64,000 bases of DNA from an uncultured delta proteobacterium (GTDB lineage Bacteria > Desulfobacterota > Binatia > UBA9968). Positions 9,737-20,182 of the stretch are shown piece after piece. A program made the position numbers and the translations under genes. The notes below the pieces were generated by a model. The model searched no databases. It was not told the DNA's origin and was given only the letters and a program-made list of their open reading frames with translations. Every line of letters starts with the position of its first letter. Positions within the stretch are counted from its first letter, which is position 1. The stretch spans positions 640,001 through 704,000 of the forward strand of contig CAVUVW010000014.1 of the NCBI GenBank assembly GCA_963745035.1. Reading direction: 5' to 3'.

Positions 9737-11287
9737 CTATAATTGGTCCTCAATCGGCAGCATGCCGATGACGCCGATGAGAACCCTGTACAAGAAACCT
9801 GTTTCCGGATCTCTGTCGTACTCTACTTTTTCCTCGTTGTTCTCAGCGCTCCACACCAGATTATCGTCCTTGTCGAGCGTGACGCGAAAGGCGCTGCCGG
9901 GGGAGATCACTTCATCCATCAACTCTCCCACCCGGCCGGCAATCTCCGGACTGTCGATCATCACACCGATCTCGGTGTTGAGGACCGCCGATCGAGGATC
10001 GAGATTGAAACTGCCGATGAACACGGACTTGCGGTCGAACACCAGGGACTTGGCATGCAACGCAGCTCGCGATTTACCCGCCAACACCGACCAGATCCGT
10101 GGGATATCGGTATCCGCACGCAGCTCGTAGAGCTCGACGCCGGCATTGAGCAGTTTCTTGCGCGTATTGACATAGCCCGCAAGCGCAGGGATCACGTCAT
10201 GAGAGGCCGCGGAATTGGTCAACACGCGCACCTTGACACCGCGCGCCGTGAGTTGTCGCACCCTTTCGATCGTCGGGTCGCCCAGCACGAAATACGGCGA
10301 CTCGATCAACAGTTCGCGCTCCACCTCATTGGCCCGTTGGCGCAGTGCCGTAGTGATGACGGCGTCCGCATCGGCGGTAACCCTGGAGGGATTCTCGACG
10401 AAAACTTTGCCCGGGGCCCAGGTGAATGTGTCCCGGATCTCGACCAGACGCGAGCGAAGGTCGGCGAAATGTTCGTCGATGGGATAGGGATAGCCGGTGG
10501 CAGTGAGTTTTTCCTCTAATCGTTTCCTGAAGCCCTGCAAATGCCGTTCGGTCGCGCGCTCTTCCACGACCGCAGCGACGGGTAGTGCCCACTCGCTGTT
10601 CCAGAACCGATCGAAGCTCGCCGATAACTCGTTGACGATCGGACCGGCGCTCATAACATCGAGATCCACATAGTTATGGTCCTTGAGCACGCCAAAATAG
10701 ACGTCTGCGATGTTGCGTCCGCCGACAATTCCCACGGCGTTGTCCATGACGAACAGCTTGTTGTGCATCCGGTGGTTGACGCGGCCAAATTCGGCCAAGA
10801 AGCTCATGATGCGCCAACGCCGGTTCCTGACCGGGTTGAAGAAACGAATCTCGATGTTGGGATGGGCGTCGAGCGCCGCAATGTTGGCGTCTCTGGTTTC
10901 CGACATATAATGGTCGTCGATCAACAAGCGCACACGCACGCCGCGGTCCGCGGCACGCAGCAGCCGGTCGGCCAAGATCAGGCCGGTGGTATCGCCATCC
11001 CAGATGTAGTACTGCCCATCGAGCGTCTTTTCGGCTAAGTCGGCCATCGCCAGCCGAGCCATAAACGCCGGACCGCCTTGCCGAATAACAGCGAAGCCGG
11101 ATAACCCCGGATGTTTGTCGGCCGCTTCCTGAAACAGCGCGCCGACGCTAGTGGCTTGCGGATATGCGAAGGTATTTGACGGCGTGCGCGGATAATCCCA
11201 GATTATCGTCGGACTGCACGCGCTCGCAAGCAAGGCAACTGCGAGAATCAGGAACGTGCTTTTGGACAAGTAACATTGAGTAAACAT
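9737..11287 (-). CDS. clsC: Phospholipase D family protein, cardiolipin synthase ClsC/YmdC-like
   Basis: Two HKD motifs (RMHNKLFVMD..GGRNI and LHAKSLVFD..GSFNLDPRS..LNTE), plus lipobox LASAC. Confidence 0.85.
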   Translation of the reverse strand: MFTQCYLSKSTFLILAVALLASACSPTIIWDYPRTPSNTFAYPQATSVGALFQEAADKHPGLSGFAVIRQGGPAFMARLAMADLAEKTLDGQYYIWDGDTTGLILADRLLRAADRGVRVRLLIDDHYMSETRDANIAALDAHPNIEIRFFNPVRNRRWRIMSFLAEFGRVNHRMHNKLFVMDNAVGIVGGRNIADVYFGVLKDHNYVDLDVMSAGPIVNELSASFDRFWNSEWALPVAAVVEERATERHLQGFRKRLEEKLTATGYPYPIDEHFADLRSRLVEIRDTFTWAPGKVFVENPSRVTADADAVITTALRQRANEVERELLIESPYFVLGDPTIERVRQLTARGVKVRVLTNSAASHDVIPALAGYVNTRKKLLNAGVELYELRADTDIPRIWSVLAGKSRAALHAKSLVFDRKSVFIGSFNLDPRSAVLNTEIGVMIDSPEIAGRVGELMDEVISPGSAFRVTLDKDDNLVWSAENNEEKVEYDRDPETGFLYRVLIGVIGMLPIEDQL

Positions 11288-11361
11288 GTTTCACTCTCCT
11301 GGTAAGACACACGCCCCAACAGATGGGGCACCAGTAATTTAGCAGGGAGTAAATACAGAGC

Positions 11362-11409
11362 TATTGGACTTTGGTCCAATACGGCGGCTTGTTGGACCAA
11401 AGTCCAATA
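11362..11409. promoter_or_regulatory. Palindromic operator copies 3 and 4, back-to-back in a divergent promoter region
   Basis: TATTGGAC TTTG GTCCAATA (11362-11381) and TGTTGGAC CAAA GTCCAATA (11390-11409). Confidence 0.85.
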
Positions 11410-11615
11410 GAGCGGAAGTCACCCCGCTGATAGGCCGTATCTGGACCTAGTGATGCTTCGATTGACTGCAACGGAGGCGGAGCTGGTCGGAAAGAACTGT
11501 GCCCTACACGTGCAGCGGCAAAAACAATTCGCAAACCGGCTTCAAACCCTAGCACCAAATCCAAGTCACGATGAAGTCGCGAATCTCAGCGCAGGGTAAG
11601 CTACAGGAGGTAGAA

Positions 11616-14372
11616 ATGGTCACTAACATCGTCGATGTCACCGAGCAGAAGCGGCTCAACGAGGCACGTGAGGTGGGAATCCCGTGGAAGAAATGGGGGC
11701 CCTATCTCAGTGAACGCCAGTGGGGGACCGTGCGCGAGGACTACAGCCAGGACGGCAACGCTTGGGACTATTTTTCCCATGACCAGGCGCGCTCACGGGC
11801 TTACAGGTGGGGTGAAGACGGGCTTGGCGGACTGTCTGATGACAAGCAACGGTTGTGCTTTGCGCTGGCGCTGTGGAACGAGCGCGACCCAATTTTGAAA
11901 GAACGCCTATTCGGACTCACCAACAGCGAGGCGAACCATGGCGAGGACGTCAAGGAGTACTACTTTTATCTCGACAGCACGCCGACGCACTCGTACATGA
12001 AGTACCTCTACAAGTACCCGCAGCGGGAGTATCCCTATCGGGATCTTATCGAGACCAACCGGAGGCGCTCGCGGGAAGATTTTGAGTACGAGCTGCTTGA
12101 TACCGGCATCTTTGACGACGATCGGTATTTTGACGTGTTTGTGGAGTACGCCAAGGAAGGGCCGGAAGACATTCTTATCCGGATCAGCGTCCACAATCGG
12201 GGGCCCGAAGCGGCCCGGCTGCGTGTTTTGCCGACGCTGTGGTTCCGCAACACTTGGTCTTGGGGCGATGACGATCGCAAGCCTGCGCTGCGCAAAGCGG
12301 GACCTGCCGCTATTCAGACTTCCCACGATGAACTCGGTGAGTATCGGCTTTATTGTGACGGCGAGCCGGAGTTGCTCTTCACCGAAAACGAGAGCAATGC
12401 GCACCGTCTGTCGGGTCAACCGAACGGCTCTCCCTACGTCAAGGACGCATTCCACCAATACGTCATCTCGGGACGCAGCGACGCGGTGAATCCGGCCAAG
12501 ACGGGAACCAAGGCTGCGGCCCACTATGTTCTCGAGGTGCCCGGCGGCGGCGACAAGACCGTTCGCCTGCGTTTGGCCGCCGGCGAGACAAAAGATCCGT
12601 TTAGCGGTTTCGAGAAAATATTCACAAGCCGCATCGCCGACGCCGACGAATTTTACGAGCGGGTTACGCCGACGTCGCTGAACGAAGATCAGCGCCGAGT
12701 GCATCGCCAGGCGCTGGCGGGAATGCTGTGGAGCAAGCAGTTCTACTACTTCGACCTGGAACAGTGGCTGCGTGAGCACAAAAGTCATCCGCTGCTGGAG
12801 TCTGCCCGTAACAACGTGCGCAATACCGAGTGGTTCCACATGCTCAATGCCGACGTGATCTCGATGCCGGACAAGTGGGAGTATCCGTGGTATGCGGCCT
12901 GGGATCTGGCTTTTCATACGATTGCCCTGTCTCAGGTGGATTTTGATTTCGCCAAAGAGCAGTTGCTGCTTATGCTGCGCAGCCTGTACTTCCACCCGAG
13001 CGGGCAGATTCCGGCCTACGAGTGGAACTTCAGCGACGTCAATCCGCCGGTGCACGCCTGGGCTACGCTCTGGCTATACAGCTACGAGCGGCAGCTGGGC
13101 CGGGCCGACCTGCGGTTTCTGGAACGTTCGTTTCAGGGCTTGATGCTGAACTTCAACTGGTGGGTCAATCGTAAGGATCCTGCGGGACGTAACGTCTTCG
13201 CGGGAGGATTTCTGGGACTGGACAACATCGGCGTCTTCGACCGCAGCGCGCAGCTCCCCACGGGCGGCTCGCTGGAGCAGGCGGACGGCACCGCCTGGAT
13301 GGCGTTTTACTGCCAGAACATGTTGGAGATGGCGCTGATACTTTGCGAATACGACCCGATGTACGAAGAGATCGCCTTCAAGTTCCTCCAGCATTTCATG
13401 TGGATCGCCTATGCGATGGACCGGGTCGGTGAGCATCACGACGAGATGTGGGATGAGCAGGATGGCTTTTTCTATGATCTGCTGCGGTTGCCGGACGGGC
13501 AGGCGATGCGTTTAAAAGTAAGGTCGCTGGTCGGGCTGTTGCCGCTGTGCGCGTCGACGGTGATCGAGGCGAGCGATGCGACTCGATTTCCAAAACTTAC
13601 GGAAATGATCGCGCTGTTCCGCAAACGCCATCCCGAGTTGATTTCCCAGGTTGCCCCAACCGACGCCGGGTTTATCGGCTATAAAGAACGCCGGCTGTTA
13701 TCGATCTTCAACAAGAAAAAACTCGAGCGTGTGCTTGCTTACATGCTCGATGAGAACGAGTTTCTCGGGCCCCACGGCATACGCTCGGTGTCGCGCTATC
13801 ACCTGGAGCATCCGTTTGTGTTTCATGTCGGCGGTCAGGAATACAAAGTCCAGTACCTGCCGGCCGAATCGAATACCGGGATGTTCGGCGGCAACTCCAA
13901 CTGGCGCGGTCCGGTATGGATGCCGGTCAATGGGCTGATCGTCCGGGCGTTGTTAAACCTGTACACCTTCTACGGCGACGAATTCAAAGTTCAATGCCCG
14001 ACGGGTTCCGGGCGCTACATGACGTTGTTCGAGGTGGCCCAAGAAATCTCCCGCCGGCTGACCAGCACATTTCTCCGTGATAAGAACGGACAACGGCCGG
14101 TGTACGGCGGTACAGCCAAGTTCCAGGAAGATCCGTACTGGCGCGATCTGATTTTATTTTTCGAGTACTTCCACGGCGACAATGGCGCAGGGCTGGGCGC
14201 GAGCCACCAGACGGGATGGACGGGTCTGGTGGCGCCCCTGCTAGATTTGTTTGGGCGTCTCGATGCTAAGACCGTGCTTGAGACCGAACGCGGGCACGTG
14301 TTCGCCCGGGTCGTAAGGGAGCAGGTGGGCGGAGAAAAAACGGACGGGAAGGAAGCAGGGGCAATGCGCTAA
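11616..14372 (+). CDS. MGH1-like / GH63-related glucosidase
   Basis: WGPYLSERQWGTVREDYS, SMPDKWEYPWYAAWDLAFH, GGNSNWRGPVW, EYFHGDNGAGLGASHQTGWT. AGGAGG RBS before ATG 11616. Confidence 0.9.
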   Translation: MVTNIVDVTEQKRLNEAREVGIPWKKWGPYLSERQWGTVREDYSQDGNAWDYFSHDQARSRAYRWGEDGLGGLSDDKQRLCFALALWNERDPILKERLFGLTNSEANHGEDVKEYYFYLDSTPTHSYMKYLYKYPQREYPYRDLIETNRRRSREDFEYELLDTGIFDDDRYFDVFVEYAKEGPEDILIRISVHNRGPEAARLRVLPTLWFRNTWSWGDDDRKPALRKAGPAAIQTSHDELGEYRLYCDGEPELLFTENESNAHRLSGQPNGSPYVKDAFHQYVISGRSDAVNPAKTGTKAAAHYVLEVPGGGDKTVRLRLAAGETKDPFSGFEKIFTSRIADADEFYERVTPTSLNEDQRRVHRQALAGMLWSKQFYYFDLEQWLREHKSHPLLESARNNVRNTEWFHMLNADVISMPDKWEYPWYAAWDLAFHTIALSQVDFDFAKEQLLLMLRSLYFHPSGQIPAYEWNFSDVNPPVHAWATLWLYSYERQLGRADLRFLERSFQGLMLNFNWWVNRKDPAGRNVFAGGFLGLDNIGVFDRSAQLPTGGSLEQADGTAWMAFYCQNMLEMALILCEYDPMYEEIAFKFLQHFMWIAYAMDRVGEHHDEMWDEQDGFFYDLLRLPDGQAMRLKVRSLVGLLPLCASTVIEASDATRFPKLTEMIALFRKRHPELISQVAPTDAGFIGYKERRLLSIFNKKKLERVLAYMLDENEFLGPHGIRSVSRYHLEHPFVFHVGGQEYKVQYLPAESNTGMFGGNSNWRGPVWMPVNGLIVRALLNLYTFYGDEFKVQCPTGSGRYMTLFEVAQEISRRLTSTFLRDKNGQRPVYGGTAKFQEDPYWRDLILFFEYFHGDNGAGLGASHQTGWTGLVAPLLDLFGRLDAKTVLETERGHVFARVVREQVGGEKTDGKEAGAMR

Positions 14373-14482
14373 CTTGTGAAATGCTGCCCTATTTCAGAGT
14401 AACATCCATGCTTATCGTGCGAATCTATTTGCACGCTCGCGTCCAGGCAAGCTGAGAAAGAGCGACTTTAGAAGTTGCCGGC

Positions 14483-14873
14483 GTGAATATGAATTACTCC
14501 AACGGAATGAGGCCCAGTGTTCTTCTCTTGCTGAGCGTTCTTACACTTTATGGCTGTGAGGACCTGATTATACGCGACACGTCGAGCCTGCTCATCCCCA
14601 GGTTTCACCGGTCTGAGATCCTTGGCTTTGTGGCAGGATTTGGAACGACCTTTGCCGGCCGTACCAGACTTACTCGAAATGCTCAGGCGGCGGTCAAGCG
14701 CGGGGATGAACCCGAGGATGGCGGGTATCATCGGCGTCTTTCAAATCGCCTGGGTCTACTACGGTTTGTTGATTGCTTCGCGGCCGGTGATCGTCTGGAA
14801 CGTGATCGGGGTAGTGATCAATTTCGTCAACGTCGGCGCGTACCTATATTTCGTCCGCAACGCAAGGCAGTGA
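14483..14873 (+). CDS. SemiSWEET/PQ-loop family small transporter, one frameshift near 14657
   Basis: The joined frames read SEILGFVAGFGTTFA-AVPDL..RRSSAGMN..WVYYGLLIASRPVIVWN, the 3-TM SemiSWEET pattern. Confidence 0.7.
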
Positions 14874-14943
14874 GCACTGGAGTGATCGCGCCGACGGGCC
14901 GAGCGATGGAAGTTATTCTCAGATCGCGCAAGACATCAAGAAC

Positions 14944-15156
14944 GTGGCAGGGAAGGAGGATATTGATACTGAACTGATGCAGCTGGTTCTGGCCATCTTG
15001 AACTCGGCTGAAAATCTCAGGACCAACGGTCATCCCAAATGGAAGACCTCCATCATTCAAACCTATTTTCTCTACCGCGGTTATGAGCCGACCAATCAGG
15101 TGATTGAGACTTTCAATTTTCTCGACAGCCGGGGATACAAAATAACAAGGAAGTAA
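14944..15156 (+). CDS. Possible small hypothetical protein
   Basis: 70-aa GTG-start ORF with protein-like composition in an otherwise empty gap. No family recognised. Confidence 0.3.
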   Translation: MAGKEDIDTELMQLVLAILNSAENLRTNGHPKWKTSIIQTYFLYRGYEPTNQVIETFNFLDSRGYKITRK

Positions 15157-15428
15157 AAGCGTGCATGGATTTTCGCAGCGACCTTGCAATAAATTCGAAG
15201 TCGGCCCTTAAGAGCGGGGATTCGTCCGTATTACTTTCGTCTACAAATCTGTTCGCCGGAGCGCTGCAGGTCGCCCGCTTCTCGTCGTATAGAGGCCCGA
15301 AGGTTCAACGTGCCGAAATGTAATTGCCGCGCTGCGCTGCCCCCATCGGAGGGCAGCAAAGTCCAGGCGTGAAAGCTGGACGAGGAATCTGCGGTGAAAG
15401 ACTGCTATGAAGAAATGAAACGCAGATC

Positions 15429-16910
15429 ATGACGCAGCCTCACTATTGCTCGCTGTATCAAATCAACACACGTGTCTGGCTCACCGAATTGTCACAGAAG
15501 CTCGGGCGGCAAGCGACGCTGGATGACATTCCCGATGGCGAGCTGGACCGGATCGCCGAAATGGGTTTTGACTGGGTTTGGTTCCTGAGCGTTTGGCAGA
15601 CCGGCCCGGTTGCGCAGGCGATCTCGCGCGCGAACCCGGAATGGCGTCGCGATTTCGCCGAAACGCTGTCGGACCTTAAAGACGAGGACATCGCCGGTTC
15701 CGGGTTCGCCATCCAAAACTACACGGTGCATCGCGATCTCGGCGGTAATCCGGCACTGGCGCGTTTGCGCCAGCGGCTGCAAAAACGCGAACTGAAGGTG
15801 ATGCTCGACTTCGTGCCAAACCACATGGCGCCGGATCATCCATGGATCGACACGCATCCGGACTACTTTGTTCACGGCAGTGAGAGTGACTTGGCGCGAT
15901 CACCACGCAACTACTGCCGCGCGCAAACCAAAAACGGCTCGCTCGTGCTCGCCTACGGACGCGACCCCTACTTTGACGGCTGGCCCGATACGCTCCAGCT
16001 CAACTATGGCAATACGGCATTGCAGCAGGCGATGATCGGCGAACTGGAGAGGATCGCCGGTCAATGCGACGGCCTGCGCTGCGATATGGCGATGCTTGTC
16101 TTGCCGGAGGTGTTTGAACGAACCTGGGGTATCTCGTCGCAGCCATTCTGGCCCAGGGCCACCGACTCCGTGCGACGCAAGCACCCGAACTTTCAGTTCA
16201 TGGCCGAGGTCTACTGGGACCTGGAATGGACAATGCAGCAGCAGGGTTTCGATTACGCCTACGACAAACGGCTTTACGATCGGCTGCGCGAAGGTCATGC
16301 TCGGCCGGTGCGCGAGCATTTTCACGCCGGATTGGATTATCAAAACAAGCTGGCTCGATTCCTCGAAAACCACGACGAGCCACGGGCGGCTGCGACGTTT
16401 GCCCCAGAGATCCACCGAGCAGCGGCCGTGATCACGTTTCTCGCACCGGGGCTGCGGTTTTTTCATGAAGGCCAGTTCGAGGGCCGCAGGAAACGGATCT
16501 CGCCGCATCTGGTGCGCGCACCGGAGGAGCCGATCGATCAAGACGTCCATCAGTTTTACCAGCGTCTGCTTGCCGCACTGCGCGATCCCGCGGTGCGCAG
16601 CGGCGGCTGGCAATTGCTTGAATGCGCGCCAGCCTGGGAAGGGAACTGGACGTGGGATGGTTTTGTAGCCTTTGCCTGGCACGGACCCGGTGATGAGCGA
16701 TTGCTGGCGGTCGTGAATTATGCGCCGAATCAGAGCCAGTGCTACGCTCGACTGTGCTTTCCCGGGCTCCGTGGCCAGCAGTGGCGCTTTGAAGATTTGC
16801 TAGGTGACGCGCAGTACGAACGCGATGGGAACGACCTTGAGTCACGCGGGCTCTATCTCGATGTCGGCCCATGGTGCTATCACGTGTTTCGGCTTGAAAA
16901 ATTGTCGTGA
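15429..16910 (+). CDS. Alpha-amylase family glycosyl hydrolase (GH13)
   Basis: LDFVPNH, DGLRCDMAM, AEVYW and RFLENHDE, the GH13 regions I-IV. Confidence 0.92.
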   Translation: MTQPHYCSLYQINTRVWLTELSQKLGRQATLDDIPDGELDRIAEMGFDWVWFLSVWQTGPVAQAISRANPEWRRDFAETLSDLKDEDIAGSGFAIQNYTVHRDLGGNPALARLRQRLQKRELKVMLDFVPNHMAPDHPWIDTHPDYFVHGSESDLARSPRNYCRAQTKNGSLVLAYGRDPYFDGWPDTLQLNYGNTALQQAMIGELERIAGQCDGLRCDMAMLVLPEVFERTWGISSQPFWPRATDSVRRKHPNFQFMAEVYWDLEWTMQQQGFDYAYDKRLYDRLREGHARPVREHFHAGLDYQNKLARFLENHDEPRAAATFAPEIHRAAAVITFLAPGLRFFHEGQFEGRRKRISPHLVRAPEEPIDQDVHQFYQRLLAALRDPAVRSGGWQLLECAPAWEGNWTWDGFVAFAWHGPGDERLLAVVNYAPNQSQCYARLCFPGLRGQQWRFEDLLGDAQYERDGNDLESRGLYLDVGPWCYHVFRLEKLS

Positions 16911-16985
16911 GGCGCAGTTTGAGAATTTATTTTAGCGCTCGCTTGTACCTTTTGACGCGCCGACGACCGTCCTGCTGGCGCGCGA

Positions 16986-17789
16986 ATGTCATGCAACGGG
17001 AGCTCTATGACTGTTCCGACACCTCGCCAGATTGCCAGGCAGTTTACCGCTCACTATCAGCCGATCGTTGACCTCAACACCGGCGCCGTCTCCGGCTTCG
17101 AAGCCCTCGCGCGGGTGGTCGGCTCCGATGGAGCCACTAAAACCGCCGGCGTGATCATCGAAAAAATCGAGCGCCGCCCCGATACTTTGAAGGCGTTGAT
17201 CCGCACGATTCTGGCTTGTATCCGGCGCGATATGGTTCCGCTGTTCGAACGACACGACCATTTTTACGTGAGTGTTAACATTCCTCCGGTGATCCTGGGC
17301 AGCGGGGAGGTATTGCGGCTCGTGGAAGAACTGAAACTAGCGCCGTACCTGAGTAGAATTGCCTGCGAGGTGACCGAGCGGCAAGCGTTGACTTCGGTCG
17401 GACGCTCGGCGCTGGAGCGCGCCCGCCGTTCGGGAATCAAAATCGCCATCGATGATTTCGGCACCGGTCACAGCGGCTTGATGCAAATTGCCGGCCTCGA
17501 TTTCGACGTGCTGAAAATCGATCATTCGCTAATCGCGTCGATATTGACCAATCAGACAGCGGCAAGAATGCTGCGCGGCATAGTCGCGCTCGCCGCCGCG
17601 CTGCGTCTTCATACCGTGGCTGAAGGGGTGGAGACTTGGGAGGAAGCCTTTTTTCTGCGCGCCGCCGGTGTCGACGGCGGCCAAGGCTGGTTTTGGAGTA
17701 AAGCGGTGGCGGCTACGCAAGCGGCGCAGATGTTGGAGCACGGTTTTTTCTCTGCAGCGGATTCCCGAGCCGCCGCAGCAAAACACTGA
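16986..17789 (+). CDS. Stand-alone EAL-domain c-di-GMP phosphodiesterase
   Basis: YQPIV, EALAR, SVN, EVTE, IDDFGTG, KID, AEGVET, QGW. Confidence 0.9.
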   Translation: MSCNGSSMTVPTPRQIARQFTAHYQPIVDLNTGAVSGFEALARVVGSDGATKTAGVIIEKIERRPDTLKALIRTILACIRRDMVPLFERHDHFYVSVNIPPVILGSGEVLRLVEELKLAPYLSRIACEVTERQALTSVGRSALERARRSGIKIAIDDFGTGHSGLMQIAGLDFDVLKIDHSLIASILTNQTAARMLRGIVALAAALRLHTVAEGVETWEEAFFLRAAGVDGGQGWFWSKAVAATQAAQMLEHGFFSAADSRAAAAKH

Positions 17790-17799
17790 AAGGATTGGC

Positions 17800-18639
17800 A
17801 TGGCAGAACAAGCGACATTGGTCGCGCCTTTCGTCCGGTCGGTTTTTCATCCATCGGATTTTTCCAAGGCGAGTGAGTTAGCCTTCGCCCACGCCCTCGC
17901 CATCGCGCTCATCCGGAGAACGCAGTTAGTAATCATGCACGCGGGGCGCGGCACTATTGGCGACTGGGCTCGCTTTCCACCGGTCCGAGAAACTCTCGAG
18001 CATTGGCAGGTGCTTGCTCCGGGAAGTCCCCGCTCGGCGGTGTTTGAAAAGCTTGCGATAAGCGTCACGAAAGTGAATGCGCGCGGTGATCCGGTTCGAG
18101 CGAGCATCGATCAAATCAAGCAACAAAGGCCGGACCTGGTCGTACTCGCAACGCGCGGACGGCATGGTTTGCCGCTTTGGCTCAAGCCATCGGTAGCTCA
18201 GGCGATCGCCCGCCGGACCGAGGCAATGACGCTTTTTGTGCCGCGCGGCTGCCGCGGCATCGTGTCGGTGGACGGCGTCATTTGCCTGCGCCGCATCCTA
18301 TTGCCCGTCGATCACCAGCCAGATGCGCAGGAGGCCGTGATTCGCGCGGTCCGTGCCGCCGAGGCGTTCGGCGACGAGCCTGTAGAGCTCGTCCTGCTTC
18401 ACGTGAATGGCAGCGCAGTACCGCAACTCAGTCGGCCGCGAAGTCGGGCATGTGTCTGGAAGGAAGTACGGCGCCAGGGGGACGTCGTGCAGGCAATCCT
18501 CGATACTGCACAGGAAGCCGACCTGATTGTCATGGCCACCGACGGTCGGCAAGGATTTGTCGATGCGTTGCGGGGTAGTGTCACCGAGCGTGTTGTTCGT
18601 GCAGCACCCTGTCCGGTTTTGGCAGTACCGGCTGGATAA
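17800..18639 (+). CDS. Tandem universal stress protein (USP)
   Basis: HPSDFS, DLVVLATRGRHG..SVA, LLPVDH, DLIVMATDGRQG..GSVTERVVRAAPCPVLAVP. Confidence 0.92.
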   Translation: MAEQATLVAPFVRSVFHPSDFSKASELAFAHALAIALIRRTQLVIMHAGRGTIGDWARFPPVRETLEHWQVLAPGSPRSAVFEKLAISVTKVNARGDPVRASIDQIKQQRPDLVVLATRGRHGLPLWLKPSVAQAIARRTEAMTLFVPRGCRGIVSVDGVICLRRILLPVDHQPDAQEAVIRAVRAAEAFGDEPVELVLLHVNGSAVPQLSRPRSRACVWKEVRRQGDVVQAILDTAQEADLIVMATDGRQGFVDALRGSVTERVVRAAPCPVLAVPAG

Positions 18640-18753
18640 GAAAATTTTCTGCGCTCTTTTTACTCACGCCGTTAGAAGCACCTCGTTTCGAAAGCTTTCG
18701 ATCCTGTCATTCAAGTTTCGCTGGCATCGAAAACCAGCGCGCAGGGAGCTTCC

Positions 18754-18773
18754 TATTGGACTAAGGTCTAATA
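18754..18773 (+). promoter_or_regulatory. Palindromic operator copy 5
   Basis: TATTGGAC TAAG GTCTAATA, intergenic, upstream of 19025. Confidence 0.75.
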
Positions 18774-19024
18774 GATGGATCTCCGAGCCGTCCGGTATTC
18801 TTCCGTACCGATACAATCGCTAAAAGGTTTCGAGCTCACGTGTTTGGGGACGTAAAGGTGTTCTATACGTGCTGGTGTACAGCGGTGATCTGGACTGCGG
18901 AAATTGCTGGGCATCTTTCTAACGATGAACGCGTGCCAAGCCAAGATTGAGCGAAAGACACGCGCGAGGCTGTGATCCCTAAAGCCCATCACTTAGCGGG
19001 CAAACTGCGAGTTCGATCCGGGGA

Positions 19025-20089
19025 ATGTTGATGCAAATCTCCGATGTAGGCGAGCAGCGCCTCTGGCTTTTTTCGCCGCGGTTGGACCTTTGGCTGGCCT
19101 CAGCCGGAGCATCCGTCGGCTTGGTGGTGGCACTGCTGGTGGTTCACTTTCTGGGTGACCGGGAAATCGATGCTGTCGATTTTGTGCTCTCGGAGTTCCA
19201 TTTAGGAGCGACCTACCACGCCGTCATACAACGGCGACTTTGGCGCCGCCTGCCGCTGGACGTGCTGCTTGTGCCTTTGGCGATATTGACGATCACCTAT
19301 GCTCTTTCGATCAGCGGCCATGCGGTCTTGCTCACGTCCATTGCCATGTATGCCGCCGTCTGGCATCGAGGGCGACAGAGTGTGGGCGTTGCGCGTTTCT
19401 ACCAGCGCGCGATGGGCGGACCGGAATCGCGCGCGCATGCAGTGTTGTTTCGCGGCGCCATCTATCTGCCCATGCTGGCGGCGGCACTCGCCTATACGCA
19501 TCTGGCGCCGACACTCTACGAAGGCGAACCCTATTTCGCACTCGATAGCGGTGCGCAATTTACCAGCTTAGCCGGTATAGCCGCGGTTCTTTGGGTGATC
19601 TCGTACCTTGTGTATGCCGTTCGGCGCAACCGGCACGAGATAGCGGGCAAGCTCGGCGAAACGGTGGGCGGTATTCATTCCGGCGAGTGGTGGGTGGTGC
19701 TGGCGCATGCGGTTGCCTTCGGCAGCGGTTACGTACTCGGCGCATCCAACGCGTCGTTTCTGTTGGTACTCGCCGTGCATCACGAAGTGCAATACCTGTA
19801 TTTCACTTATGCGGTGAGTCGTGTAGCCAGTTCCTCTGATCAAAGCCTGACGAACAGGAATCCGGCCGTGAACCTTCCTCCGGCCCACTCGACGAAACCG
19901 CAGCGCCGTCTGCAATCCGAATGGAGGCATGCGGCAGCGTTTTCTATTTGGCCCGTGCTGGGTTTTGCCGGAGCCGCCGCTGGTGGTTGGTTGAACCTCC
20001 CGTGGCTGACTCCACTGGGAGCGGGCGGTCTCTTTTGCCACTACTGGCTTGACGGTCGCATTTGGACGCGGCGCTCGCTGAATGCCTAA
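19025..20089 (+). CDS. Polytopic membrane protein with conserved-looking His motifs
   Basis: Multiple TM segments. Motifs FHLGATY, WHRGRQ, HHEVQYL, HYWLDGRIW. Confidence 0.75.
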   Translation: MLMQISDVGEQRLWLFSPRLDLWLASAGASVGLVVALLVVHFLGDREIDAVDFVLSEFHLGATYHAVIQRRLWRRLPLDVLLVPLAILTITYALSISGHAVLLTSIAMYAAVWHRGRQSVGVARFYQRAMGGPESRAHAVLFRGAIYLPMLAAALAYTHLAPTLYEGEPYFALDSGAQFTSLAGIAAVLWVISYLVYAVRRNRHEIAGKLGETVGGIHSGEWWVVLAHAVAFGSGYVLGASNASFLLVLAVHHEVQYLYFTYAVSRVASSSDQSLTNRNPAVNLPPAHSTKPQRRLQSEWRHAAAFSIWPVLGFAGAAAGGWLNLPWLTPLGAGGLFCHYWLDGRIWTRRSLNA

Positions 20090-20182
20090 GGAGACTGGAT
20101 TATCAGGTGTTGGCATTCACAATCTGTAAAGAACATTTCGGCACAGAGTTGCGGGAGAGTCTCAATCGCTGAGGACAAGAGG

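Noticed and set aside
15349-15368. CAAAGTCCA upstream of the GH13 gene as an eighth operator
   Set aside because: Only the spacer and part of the right arm match, and the left arm is absent.
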